DNA of 64,000 nucleotides from Anthoceros angustus (taxonomy: Eukaryota; Plantae; Anthocerotophyta), in assembly GCA_010909165.1 (NCBI GenBank), contig MU008159.1:1488001-1552000 (forward strand). The letters run 5' to 3'. This document shows, in pieces, positions 12,678 to 25,300 of the stretch. The notes under the pieces were generated by a model. It saw only the letters and a list, made by a program, of their open reading frames with translations. It did no database searches and was not told where the DNA came from. The first letter of the stretch is position 1; every line of letters begins with the position of its first letter. Both the position numbers and the translations under genes were made by a program.

Positions 12678-14443
12678 ATATAATTTCAAGATTAATCAAT
12701 TGAAGATATAGTATTATGGAAGTATTAAAAATGTACTTAACCATAATTATTGCTAATTACATAAATTTATAGCAAACAAGAGAAGAATGCCCAAGTGAAA
12801 GGTGTTCACGATCAAGTTCACTATAAAAAGTGAGAGGTGTCATATTCTTGTAATTTCTTTTGATATGCTTGTTTTTCAACCAACAATAGTGTATTTTTCA
12901 TTGTCAACTAGAATTATTTTGAGGTCATCTCTTACAATAATTTTCTAACTTAACAATTTAGAGTGCACATTTAGAGTCTCCAATTTCTTCTTTCCATATG
13001 TTTTCCTAGAGCACCTTACAAGTTCATTTAATTTATGTTGAAGGAGTATTGCACTACCAACTGCCTGATTTATTCATTTTCTGCACCTATCCTGTGAACT
13101 CATATGCTTTGAAAATATGGTAGAAACTATGCTTAACATTGTGTCAATCTAACTGCCTCAATCAAGTATTGGCTCTTTAATAGCTTCTTGGGCTTGATAA
13201 TAGTGAAACTCGTTTTGTTGGCGATTCACGATAATCTTATGGGCATCAACTTGATGCATCACTTCTAGTTTTGTCCAAAAATTAGTCCCAATGCAACTAG
13301 TATTATTATAACTGTACAACTCCTAATATAATTATTTTAATTGAGTTCAGCATAGTCCTTCAATATTTATCTTTACCGGTGCAATCTCTTCACTAATATG
13401 GAAACATTTTCTTAAAAATAGATGCATATGATGCAAGAGATAACTATATTGAATGTAATACTTAGTCTATATTGAGGATAATTAATAACTGTTTAGTTTT
13501 TAATATAATAAATAACTAAAATCAAGCATCTTCTTCAAAAATATTTAGAAATATAATTTCAAGATTAATCAATTGAAGATATAGTATTATGGAAGTATTA
13601 AAAATGTACTTAACCATAATTATTGCTAATTACATAAATTTATAGCAAACAAGAGAAGAATGCCCAAGTGAAAGGTGTTCACGATCAAGTTCACTATAAA
13701 AAGTGAGAGGTGTCATATTCTTGTAATTTCTTTTGATATGCTTGTTTTTCAACCAACAATAGTGTATTTTTCATTGTCAACTAGAATTATTTTGAGGTCA
13801 TCTCTTACAATAATTTTCTAACTTAACAATTTAGAGTGCACATTTAGAGTCTCCAATTTCTTCTTTCCATATGTTTTCCTAGAGCACCTTACAAGTTCAT
13901 TTAATTTATGTTGAAGGAGTATTGCACTACCAACTGCCTGATTTATTCATTTTCTGCACCTATCCTGTGAACTCATATGCTTTGAAAATATGGTAGAAAC
14001 TATGCTTAACATTGTGTCAATCTAACTGCCTCAATCAAGTATTGGCTCTTTAATAGCTTCTTGGGCTTGATAATAGTGAAACTCGTTTTGTTGGCCAGAT
14101 TCACGCTGATAATCTTATGGGCATCAACTTGATGCATCACTTCTAGTTTTGTCCAAAAATTAGTCCCAATGCAACTAGTATTATTATAACTGTACTTGTA
14201 ACTCCTAATATAATTATTTTAATTGAGTTCAGCATAGTCCTTCAATATTTATCTTTACCAGGGTGCAATCAGCTCTTCACTAATATGGAAACATTTTCTT
14301 AAAAATAGATGCATATGATGCAAGAGATAACTATATTGAATGTAATACTTAGTCTATATTGAGGATAATTAATAACTGTTTAGTTTTTTTAATATAATAA
14401 ATAACTAAAATCAAGCATCTTCTTCAAAAATATTTAGAAATAT
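12678..14443. repeat. Near-identical AT-rich tandem duplication, period about 873 bp; possibly a decayed hAT-like transposase (weak)
   Basis: 12678-13550 is repeated at 13551-14443 with a few short indels. The minus strand has faint hAT-like traces (LLHHMHLFL, IGTNF). Confidence 0.85.
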
Positions 14444-15603
14444 GAATGACATGAAAAGTAAATATTATTATTTAAAAAATGATTACTTATAATCATTGAT
14501 ATTGACTCTGATAATCCAAGATTATCCAAATAATTAAAATCTTTTAACAACTACATATTGAAAGATTGCTCTGTAATTGCAAGGGACAACCCCAAAATCA
14601 CTATGAAGTCATCAGGGAGATGTTGAGGAGAGCCCAAAGGAAAAAGTGAAAAGGAATAATTAAGCTTTTTATCTAGATATAACGTCATACTCAAGAAGAT
14701 TGATCACCATGAAGTAGAGAGCTTTGTTGCATATATATTATTTAGTTAATGATTAAATATAAAATATAAAAATAATTGTTTTATTTTATATAATATTTAT
14801 ATAAGATAAATATTAATAATTTAATAAAATAGAAAAAATCTAATACATTTCTCGATAGAGATTGCAGAGGAACACTTGGATATACTTTCCTTCCTGCTGC
14901 CTCCGCTCAGCATGGGAGAGTTTATGTACAAGGTATAGAAAGGGTAGACCAAGTATGTAGACCTAATAATAAAGCAAGGGCATACGTTCCCGTCGATATA
15001 TGTATGTTGAATAACAATCTATGTATCGCAGATACATGCGCCAGTGTTTCCATGGCCGCGTGGGTGGCGATGCCAGTTGATGGTGCAAGGGCTAAACGTA
15101 TGGGTGAGACGTCCGAAGTCCCAGGGAGACGAGGCTCATGGTTGAAAGGCAGTGCTTGAGGTCTCGTCCAGGCTGGTTCGGTATCACTGCTACTTCTTTC
15201 CAATCGGCGATGTAAATGCTCCTTACCAAAATTCAAGTTCGGATTTACTTGATCGCCACCGAGGTCATGGTCTCGTTGAGTTCGCTGAAAGATGACAGCA
15301 GATATGTACTCAGCCCGTGCTCTGTTTAAAACCAGCTTCAATGGATGGTGAAATGGCTGGAGGTGCAGCAGCCAAGCTCACCAAGGCTTGGCACACATCC
15401 CACGCATTTCAGTCCTTCAAGCAATCGAAGGTGGCTTCAACAGGCGCATGGATAGGGATAGGGCAATCCGCAGTGGTTGGCAGAAGTGAAGGACATGAGA
15501 GATCGCCTCTCTGAATCAGGCCGTTTTCTTGCACAAATCCCAGCTATTTGGGCATTCAGACCTGAGCCCTTAAATGGAATTGGAACGGCATGCAGCGTGA
15601 AGG

Positions 15604-17193
15604 ATGAGCATGGGCGGATGCTGCCTGCCTCGCTGCCTCGGTGATCTGCGCCGACGGCTCGGTTTCCACCTATGTAGGCGGGGCATTTCAGGTAGCAGGA
15701 CAGGGGACGATGGGATAGTGGACGAGCGTTCTTGGGAAGAGGTAGGGACTGTCGGGTGACGCCTTGCTGCTTTGTGCCTGGAGGATTGTGCTGAGGTTCC
15801 GGGGGATTTTTTGGCACAGGATGCGGCCGAGGGTTTGGCAGAACAAGACCATGAGATGCAGGCCAGAATAGCGTCATACTTTCACAGGAGACCTGGGAAG
15901 CTGGCAACGCCAGTTCCCACCAGGGACAAGGAGCTGGAGGCCATCAACAGGTTCAAGCAGAGGGCGCGCAGGGCCAAGGAGTTGGAGCACAAGAGGTACC
16001 AGACCATGATGAACAAGGTGGGTGCCGCTGTGCAGCGGCAGAGCGTTGAGGATACCTTCGCTAAAGCTGAGAAGCTCTATCTGTCACGTGCTCAAGTTGC
16101 TGAGGGAGCGAAAGCTCTCAGTGTCTCGCAATGCCTGGATGCGTTGCAGGAGTCGCTGGACGAGTTGCGGTCCAGTTATGGTGATGCTGGCAGTGAGAGG
16201 GGAGGGGGTGCAAGGGGGAACCAGCAGATGGAAGTGGAGCAGCCTCTTGAGCTTGGCAAGGGAAGGGCTCGAAGACCAGAACGGTTTCAGAGCGCTGAAA
16301 CGGACCGGATCAAGGAAATTGCCGGGCGGTGGATTCAGTCAGCGAAGTCTATTGGGAATCTGCGGGTGGAGCACGAGGTTAGGACAACTCTGAAAGAGGT
16401 CTATGGAGTTGATATTGTTGAAAGGGTGGAGGATGTCCGGAAGTTCATGGACGAGCTTGACTCGGATCAAGGCCGTCTAGCACGTTATTTGAAGGAAAGG
16501 ATGAAGAGCGGTGATGTAAGGGTAGTCCCAGCGGAAACATATGAGAAAGAGGAAGAGACAGAGACAGAGTCTGAGGACATGGAGTCTGATGGAGAGCCTG
16601 TAGGGTTGGATGAAGAAGATGAAGGAGAGGGTCGTAGGGTACCTAGAACTAGACCAGGTCCGTTTTTGTATGCTCTGTGCCCAATCGCTGACATCATACA
16701 ACACTTGCGTGGTCTGAATATTATAGCTGGGAAGACAAGGTTGCCTATACCAGTGTCAAGCATCACCAATCTCCCTGATGCAACAATTATCAACTGGTTC
16801 AGAAACAAGGCATTCCTCATTCTTAAGCAGTACAGGCCAGCGAATAACCTGTGGGAATTACGAAGGTTGATCAACTATCACATCAGGTACTCTCTCATTT
16901 ACACTCTAGCCAAGAAGCATAAGTATTCCATCTCGAAGACGATCAAACTGTACGGGAAAGCTCCCTCTGTGAAGATACCAACCATGGTGATTCGAGGACA
17001 GGTGGTTCTGGAAACCATAGCCGAGTTTCCAACAGTGCATCAGGTCAATTCCATTCGCAGAGGCTTTGACAAGGAAACCATGACTCCGCAAGTGTTCGTT
17101 GATCGTCTATTAACTGGATGCAAAAGGGATGGCGCTATTGCTGATACTATCCCGGGCATGTGTAACTCAAGGATGGAGCTACAGAATTCCTGA
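15604..17193 (+). CDS. Nuclear-encoded protein with group II intron maturase domain X, no recognisable RT domain, putative mitochondrial presequence; exons 15604-15741 and 15820-17193
   Basis: C-terminal CPIADIIQHLR..RLPIPVSSITNLPDATIINWF..QYRPANNLWELRRLINYHIRYSLIYTLAKKHKYSISKTIKLYGK matches domain X. A 78-bp phase-0 intron (GAG|GTAGGG ... TTTTTTGGCACAG|GAT) joins an Arg-rich N-terminus MSMGGCCLPRCLGDLRRRLGFHLCRRGIS to the long ORF. Confidence 0.8.
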
Positions 17194-18002
17194 AGCCATT
17201 CATGTAAGGCATGCCCGCCCTATGGAGGGTTGTCACTCGAGCCAGACAGCGGTCTCTCATTTCACTGCAAGGCCAAGCAACAGCCTGATGCATGGTGAGA
17301 TTTTGTGAGGCTATATTCAGATGCAGCATCTCGCACGATGGAATAAGCTCTTCCATTCCCAGGTGAATGGACATCAACTGTGTGAGCACTACTGGCTCAC
17401 CGATTTCAACCAAAGCACAACTGAGCACCTGGTACGTGGAAGCTCTAACCCCTATGTTTCTGTGATGGCAGCTCAGGGTGTATTTCATCAGTCTAGTGGC
17501 AACGCTGTGGTTCATTGTTGCTTAAGCTCTTACATAACCTCCTCCTTTTACCCACCTTTTCCGACTTGTGCCAATGTTTAGGGCTCCGTTGGGAGATCCA
17601 GCGGGATTCAGGGCTGGCCATGCGGATGCAACCTCATGAACATGAGTTTCTCAACTGCTGGAGAGCCAGCTGTCGCCATGTCATTCCAGCACAAGTTTTC
17701 TTTTGTTCTAACAGCTCGAAAGGGTGTCTTCTCCCTAAGCGGCGGGAAAGCCTACCAGGCACAGAGACCAAGGGAATCAAAGAAGGCTGTGTCACGGATT
17801 CGTGTTATGCTAGTTAAGCGTGTCCACCTGCCTCAGACGTCAAGCGGGTGTGCAACTGTTCCACGAGGAGAATGACTGTCAGTCCAGAGGACGACAGCAA
17901 TCAAGTCATCAGTATTAGTTATCAGTGTGAAATGGCTGAGTGGACGGGGATGTTCTTCCGAAGTTTGTCCCGCCTCTGCTCCAAGCTTCTTGAATCTCTG
18001 CT

Positions 18003-20248
18003 ATGTACATGAATTTTGGAATGTCAGTGGGCGTTGTTAGAAGCGTGTTCTGGTGGCGTTTGTCAGATGTTGCGGTGGCCTTGGTCCTCCTTCTCGCAAC
18101 TCCAGGAGAAGTACGTGCCGGGGCATTTCGGGATGACAGGCCTAGGATTGTGGAAGGAAACAGGGGCGTGGTTGCTGCCGACGATGAGCGCTGCTCATTG
18201 ATAGGCGTGAGAATTCTTCGCCTTGGAGGGAACGCTGTTGATGCTGCTGTTGCTACAGCGTTGTGCTTGGGAGTAGTCAATCCTACTAGTAGTGGCGTTG
18301 GTGGCGGAGGATTTCTGCTAGTGAGGCGATCAGATGGAACTGCTGAAGCGTACGACATGCGGGAAACCGCCCCTGCTGCTGCTTCTGAGGTATCGCTATG
18401 TCCCGCCAACATGACATCCGTTTTCGCTGTACAATGGTTCTGAACTGTTCTCGTGTGCCCTCCTTGACAGGCTCTATACCTCAGCAATCCCAGCTTGCTG
18501 TTGCAGGGGATTTTGTCGGTTGGGGTGCCTGGTGAACTAGCTGGGCTTCATCTCGTTTGGCAGCGCCATGGAAAGCTGCCTTGGGAAAGGCTTTTCAGAC
18601 CAGCGACAAAGCTTGCCCGCAATGGCTTTGTTGTTTCGAGATATCTTGCTGAATTGCTTCAAGAGCTGGAAGCCCTCGTTCTGGGGTCCGAAGGGCTTAG
18701 ACAAATTTTTGCTCCCAACGGCACAGTACTAGTTGCTGGCGATATATGCTATCGTAAAACACTGGCTAGGACTTTCGGCGCTGTCGCTGAACGAGGACCA
18801 AGTGTGTTGTACAATGGATCCGTAGGTGAGAAGCTAGCGTCAGACATTCAAGGTGCTGGAGGGATTTTGAACCTGACGGATTTGCAGCAATACAAGGTGA
18901 AAATGCGACAGCCACTGAGCACAGATGTTCTGGGATTGACTGTATTGGGAATGCCTCCTCCATCATCGGGAGGAGCCTGCACAGCCTTGGTGAGTAGGCA
19001 ATTGTTCTTCGACAGTGGCGAGTGTCTCGTTTCGCTTAATCGGATGCTTACTTGTGTGACAGTTGCTCGCCGACAGATTCTCAATATTCTTGCAGCTTAC
19101 GGCCTCGGGGGTGCAACTGGTGCTGTGGGTCTTCACCGTACAGTGGAGGCTCTCAAACACTGCTATGCTGTGAGGATGAATCTGGGCGACCCGGATTCTA
19201 TCGACATTTCGGCCGTGCTGGCTGACATGCTGTCTTCAAACTTTGCCGATGAGCTTCAGAAAACGATCAATGATACTACAACGTTCGGGCCAGAGCATTA
19301 CGGTGGCAGGTACATGTGGGCATGGGAAGTAGCATGTGCAGTAGGTTGAAATACCCAACCCAGTTTGGATGTTTCGCTCTGACCAAATGCCATTCGGTTT
19401 TCCTGCCGCAGGTGGAACCCGCTCAGTGATCACGGAACGACTCACTTTTGCGTTGTCGACAAGGAAAGGAATGCAGTTGCCGTGACCTCAACCGTAAACG
19501 CACCATTTGGGTCCCGGTTTGTCTCCTCTTCTACAGGGATAATCATGAACGACGAGATGGGAGATTTTGCAATTGTTCAAAATGGGAGTGCGCTTCCAGC
19601 AAGCCCAGCTAACCTGGTAGCACCAAACAGACGTCCTTTGTCTTCCATGACTCCAACCATAGTTCTTGAGGTACTCATAATGCGGTTTGCCGCAATTGGT
19701 ATAAAAGTTCGGGTACAACCTTGTGCGTCCGATCGATTACCTCTAAATTTCTGAGCTGATGTAGAGAGGACAGCTGAGAGGCGTGCTCGGAGGGAGTGGG
19801 GGACTTCGGATTATCAGTGCAGTTGTGCAGGTGCTACTTAACGGATTTGTGAAGGGAATGGATCCGCTATCATCCGTCTTGGAGCCAAGGGTGCACCATC
19901 AGGTGAGCCACGGACTCCTGGGCTGCTTTTGAGAATTTCGATTTCTTAGCAACTTGGGTGAGCCAATCAGCTGTTTGAACTGGGTGTCTGCAGTGGCTGC
20001 CCAACGTACTGCATTACGAGAACGACACAGCCGTATCAGGGCAGCATTTTGAGGTTCAAGCTGGCTTGAGGGACGCTCTCCAAAGAAGAGGCCATGTGCT
20101 GCAGAGTGATAACAAGTCGGGTGCAATTGTTCAGCTCATAGTGCAGGAGCTGGCGGATGCGGGTCGCTCAAAGCACATCAATTCCAAGTATGGGAAGCTA
20201 ATTGGAGTGAGCGACCCAAGAAAAGATGGTGTGCCAGCAGGCTACTAG
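18003..20248 (+). CDS. GGT: Gamma-glutamyl transpeptidase, copy B; signal peptide or anchor, about 6 exons
   Basis: [93 protein letters not shown]. Intron positions are shared with copy A. Confidence 0.93.
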
Positions 20249-20455
20249 CGGCTGCAGCTGGTGCATAGCGGATTCCAGAGATAAAGATGAATACAAATAC
20301 AGCTTGCAAGCAAGCCCTTCTTTAATCGTGCAAAATGACGAACATACATAGCAATGCCAACACGCAGAGTTGCAACAAGGTGCAATCTTATTCTACGATA
20401 TAGGAACGTAACTTGGCCAAAACAGTGGTGCTTTGATGTGTGATCACAGCTCCCC

Positions 20456-21927
20456 TCACATGTGCCCCATGGAACTGCACTCGAGGTTGTGACCAGACTC
20501 GACGCCAAGGATGCGGCAGAAGCTGGAGTACATCTGGGCGCGCTGCATTTGCATGGACGGGTCCACTCCCTGCCCGCACTCCAGGTTGCCTCTCATGAGG
20601 AAGGTGGTGGCACCGAAGCTCTGGGAAGACAAGCCCATGGCGGCCTCCGTCTCTGTGGGCTTCCACTCGCCCACCATCACTTGGTGGCACGAGGGCAGAC
20701 TGAGGTCGTGGATCATGTTGCTGCCAGACCCCATGTTGATGCTGCTTGAGGTCGGGGTCATCCACATCCAGATGGCGCTGCCGAAGGACATGATGGGGTC
20801 CTGGGAGATGATTTCAGGCTTGGCCAGAAGGTCAGCTCCCAACGCCTTGCTTGCCATTCCGTAGTTGTAGTTCCTGCAAGGAGGAGTCGGTTTGTTTTCC
20901 ACACGTTAGCATCCGTCCATGACATCAGCTGCATTAAAATTGACGATGTGAGGAACTCCTTGATTCACCAGGTCATCTGGAGAGGCCCGCGTGCGTGGTA
21001 GGACTTGCCGGCCATGCATGGGTACTGGGTCTTGCTGGAATCGCAGAACGTGTTGGACGTGCTGCTGGATTGGTCGATGATGGCAAGACCTGCGGAAGGA
21101 ACTCGGCGTCACAAATGTTTCACGTGCAAATCAGTTGCGTCAACGATCAGTAGTTGAGTAGAAACGACACCGATGGTTTGATGCTCGATGTGGGCCAAGA
21201 AGGCAGCCAATTCACGCTTCTGGGTGATGATGTCCTTGGAGTTGGCGAACTCTGGGAACAATTGCATGGCCGCCATGAGGGAGTCGTATGTGTAGAAGGC
21301 GTTTTTGTTGGGAAACATTCTGGTGAAATCGTTGGATGTCATGATCGTGGATCTCGGGTTTGACATCATCTTGTTGTCGATCATTTGGTTGGCGGGGATC
21401 ATTTTGTTGTTGATCATTTGGTTGGCGGAGTTCATCTTGTTGTTGATCATTTGGTTGGCGGGGTTCATCTTCCTGGAGCTGATGGTTCCAGCCGGCTTGA
21501 TGTCGATGCTGTCAATGCTGATCCCACGAGCGGATGGTGACTCTGTGTGCGTCACGCTCCGTGCCTCGAGGTTCTCTGCATCATCCAAACAGGAACAACC
21601 CACGCCCAACATCAGGACTCGGAGCCTGGAGCTTGAACCAATTGCAATTTGCAAGAGCAGATCTAGAAGGGGTCACGAGTCCACTCTACGCTGAGAGTCG
21701 GCGGTGGCGTTTGTGAAGACGTCGACACACTGGCTCTGGCAGCGGTCCATGCAGAATTCCTTGGAGTAGCCACAGAAGCCATCCACGCTGCAGCACATGC
21801 TGTCAACGCACACAGCGTAGTTGGACTGGGGGCCACAGCGGGCAGGTCCCTTAGCCCATGACAGGGGAGCAGTGCTCACAAGGAGCACTGTTGCCAAGAA
21901 GATCCATGCTGATGGAGGGCCCGACAT
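20456..21927 (-). CDS. Chitinase-like protein: signal peptide, hevein (CBM18) domain, repeat linker and GH19 domain; predicted catalytically inactive
   Basis: CGPQ..CVDSMCCSVDGFCGYSKEFCMDRCQSQC; FYTYDSL..KRELAAFLAHIEHQT; exon at about 21090-20970 reads LAIIDQ..FCD..YPCMAGKSYHARGPLQMTW; then NYNYG, AIWMWMT, PSCHQV, LECG, GHNLEC. Confidence 0.9.
21370..21468 (-). repeat. Coding 33-bp tandem repeat x3 (MNPANQMINNK-like) in the chitinase linker
   Basis: ttgttgttgatcatttggttggcgg.g.tcat occurs three times. Confidence 0.9.
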
Positions 21928-22021
21928 GTTGGATTCTTGCTTCAGAGCAAACTGCGGTGTAGGTAGTAAGTGCAAGCGTGCGCTGGGAGAGGGCATGAGG
22001 ATTGAGGGGAACTCTTGTGTC

Positions 22022-22027
22022 TTTATA
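22022..22027 (-). promoter_or_regulatory. TATA box of the chitinase-like gene
   Basis: TATAAA on the minus strand about 95 bp upstream of the ATG at 21927. Confidence 0.55.
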
Positions 22028-22374
22028 CGGGCCTGCCCACGAAAGGCCTTTATTGCAGAACGGCTTTCACAAGCCCGTGATACTGTCCGTCCATGGTATA
22101 GTCACAAGGTTTCCTCCACAGAGGGGTAGGAACCGGCCAGCTCCGCAGCTTGCCTCTCGTTGGTCCTGCACGAGGAGGACAAGACATGCTCTCCTTGTGG
22201 CAATGTCACATACAACTGCAACTCGAGATGGTCTTGGAATGCGAGAGAGAATCACATGTTGTGAGAACCTGTTTCGGAAGCCCGAAATTTGGGACAACCA
22301 AAATCATGACTAAAAGCTTAGAACCGCTACATTACAATGCTTGGGGCTGAGCACCCCACATGGGAGCATACGGA

Positions 22375-25300
22375 TCATGGTTCACAGAAAAGCTGCAAAG
22401 CCTGTTTGCGGAGTACCCGCATCTGCTGATCATAAGCTGCAGAGTTGCTGAGAAAGAGAGAGTTGGTGGATTGTCCTTTGGATAACCAGTTGAGAAACTC
22501 TGTACCTGAGGTCACCAGTTCCAAGTTGTCCGGGTCGAGATTGGTGAAAGGAGCATCCAGATCTTTCAGCTGGGCGACCACAACCTGTCTAGCGTTCAAG
22601 TTATCTTGGATAAGGACTTGCCATTCCTCACACAAGATAATCCGGATAGTTGGAGGTACCTTCAAACCCTTCTCGACCCCTGTCTGAATCTGTGCAATCC
22701 ATGTAAGCAACAAAACCTGTGCAGCACCCACTGACGTACACGAAAGTCGGAGGACCCATTCATCATCGGACCATGTGCAGACGTCACCGAAAATGCCTAG
22801 CTCCAGGCTCGTCTCGACTACCCTTAGTGCCCTTATTTCCCAGCCTAAAACCCAAAGAGCATCAACGAGTGCATTGTGGAAGCCCCGTTGCATCCCTGCA
22901 TTCAAGCCCTCCCTATCCAATCCCTGAAGGAACTCAGCTACTCCTTGCCACCTTCCATCCTGCTCTCCAACTTCATCCAACAACATTAACTCAGCTAGGA
23001 CTGACGGCAATCCAAGGTACTTCAAACAACCAAACAGACCCACAATATCCTCAGACCTACTGGACCTTGTCAAGGCTGCCAGGAGGGCAGTGAACACAAC
23101 TACTTTGGGTGCCAACACTGCTTTAACGGATTGAAGGATAGCTACCAGTCTCCCATTCACAGCCTCATCTGCGCCGAAGGCTTCTATTAACACAGCATAT
23201 GAGGTATGATTTGGGTGAGGTCCCTTCCCAGCAACGAGGTCATCATGCAAATCCAGCGCTTCTTTGTACCGAGCTGACCGTACGTAAAACCTCAGAACAG
23301 AGTTAAACCCTCCAATGCCACCGAGCATACTCTCCTTTCTCATCTTCTCTGCTAAAGCTGCACCCTTGTCAAATTGACCACATAGGCTATAAGCCTCTAG
23401 AAGGAAAGAATATGTTTGCACATTGGGTTCCACTTTTTTGCGAGCCATGGTCTCTTGCAGCACCTGCTCTGATTTCTGCCATAGTCCCTTCCTCCCATAC
23501 CCTGCCAACGAATCAGCCCAGCAATTTCCTTAAGAACAAAAGCTAGGTAGGTGTAAGGTTCATCAGTCAACCATCCACCCAACCTTTCGCAAAATTCACC
23601 GGTAAGGATAGGGACAACATACCTAGTATCACCCAGTTGTGACAAGCCAGAGACACAGGTTGCTTCCCGTGCAAATTTGTCAGCAGCTTCTCCGCATCCT
23701 CTATGCGTCGCATGTTGCAGCAGGCACCAAAAACCGAGCTCAAAAGACTATCATTAACCTGCTTGCCAAAATTCCGCAGTGACTCTGTATAGAGTTTCAA
23801 GCAGTCATCCACCATGCCTCTCTTCCCATGAATGTCAATGAGAAGTTTGAACGATGTTACATTAGGTGCTACACCGGACCTAATCATATGATCATATACT
23901 TTCATAGCCTGGAATTGACTGCCTCGACCAAAAACAAAGATCAGAGAATTGTAGACCTCTACACTAGGGTAATAACCCGCTTGCTCCATGTCGGCCAATA
24001 TCTGCCATGCATCTTCGTACTTCCCTGCCCTTCCAAAGGTAAAGAGAAGCGTATTGTAGAACGCAAGATCAGGTCTACTTCCATGCTCCCTGAATAGCCG
24101 GAGAACCTCTTTCACCTGATACACAAACCGAGTCAATCAGTAGCCCATTATGTTAGGGTAGCTGCCTTGTGGTACATGCCCCAATGAATCACTGTCAAAA
24201 CCCTGAAGACAACAGCACTCCATGACTTGCCAAGAGGTAAACGAATCTGTAAGCATCATTCTTACCCCATCAAAGAGGCCAGCTCTCCCATAGGCATTGA
24301 GCAAGGCATTGAATGTCTTCACGTCTGGGGGAAATCCCTCGTGTTTCATTCGCCCAAACCAGAATTTTACATCCTGAAGCCGCCCTGCCTTCCCATAGAT
24401 GTCTACAAGCGTGTTGTATGTAACAAGATCCAAGGGTAACCTGGATTTACCATCACTTGCAGACATGATATCTGTCACTATTTGCTCCACTGCATCCAAG
24501 CGTCCAGCTTTTCCATAGACAGAGATCAATGAATTATAGACAGTCAGATCAGGCTGCAGGCCTGAATTCTGCATTTCCTCCAACACTAAATCTAGCTGCT
24601 CCCATTCTCGGACTCGTCCGAATGCAGTGATCAGTATTGAGCAGGTCTGCAAATCAGCAGCAACGCCAGCCTGCATCACGGACCATCGTCAGAACAGCCG
24701 CAAATAGAACGGTCCACAATAATTGAAAAGAGTAGACTGATTGGGCAGTGAACAAGGACAACCTTACGCATCCGCTTGTAATATTCAGCAACTTTTCCAG
24801 TTTCTCCGGCTCTTCCCAAAGCATTCAGAACCACATTATAGAAAACGACGTCATGCTCCAGTGTCTGCTCATTGAGTTGCTCAAACACTTCAAGCATTCT
24901 CTTCGTGTCCCCTACATAAGAAGGCAGGAGTTGAGTCCGAGGAACGAATGTGGACCCAGTTCAGACTCTCTTCATCACTGGAAAGAAAAGTGACATGCAT
25001 ATCTTCTACAATGGAACGTAGGATACCTGGCCTAACAACATCAGAAAGAAATGGGAAGCATCATCATATGTACGCTGGATAACCATCATCTCCTAGAATT
25101 GACTCCAATCAGTGCAGAAGAGGCAAATACCGAGTTTGGCGTATGAGTTCAAGGCTGCATGATATGTGGATTTGTCTGGAGTATAGCCCCGTGAAACCAT
25201 AGCTCTAAATAATTCAACAGTGTTGGTGAACCGGCCCTTGCGACAAGCCAGCAAGACTAAGCTTGTGTATGTTGCTCTATCAGGCTGCACACCGTCCTGT

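Noticed and set aside
14922-15341. 139-aa minus-strand ORF or an snRNA (AATTTTGG Sm-like word)
   Set aside because: Non-ATG start and no homology recognised; it lacks the conserved 5-prime sequences of U1, U2, U4, U5, U11 and U12.
15772-17193. Mobile group II intron or NUMT
   Set aside because: No RT domain, no recognisable domain V/VI, nuclear-like GC, and a spliceosomal intron with a presequence-like exon upstream.
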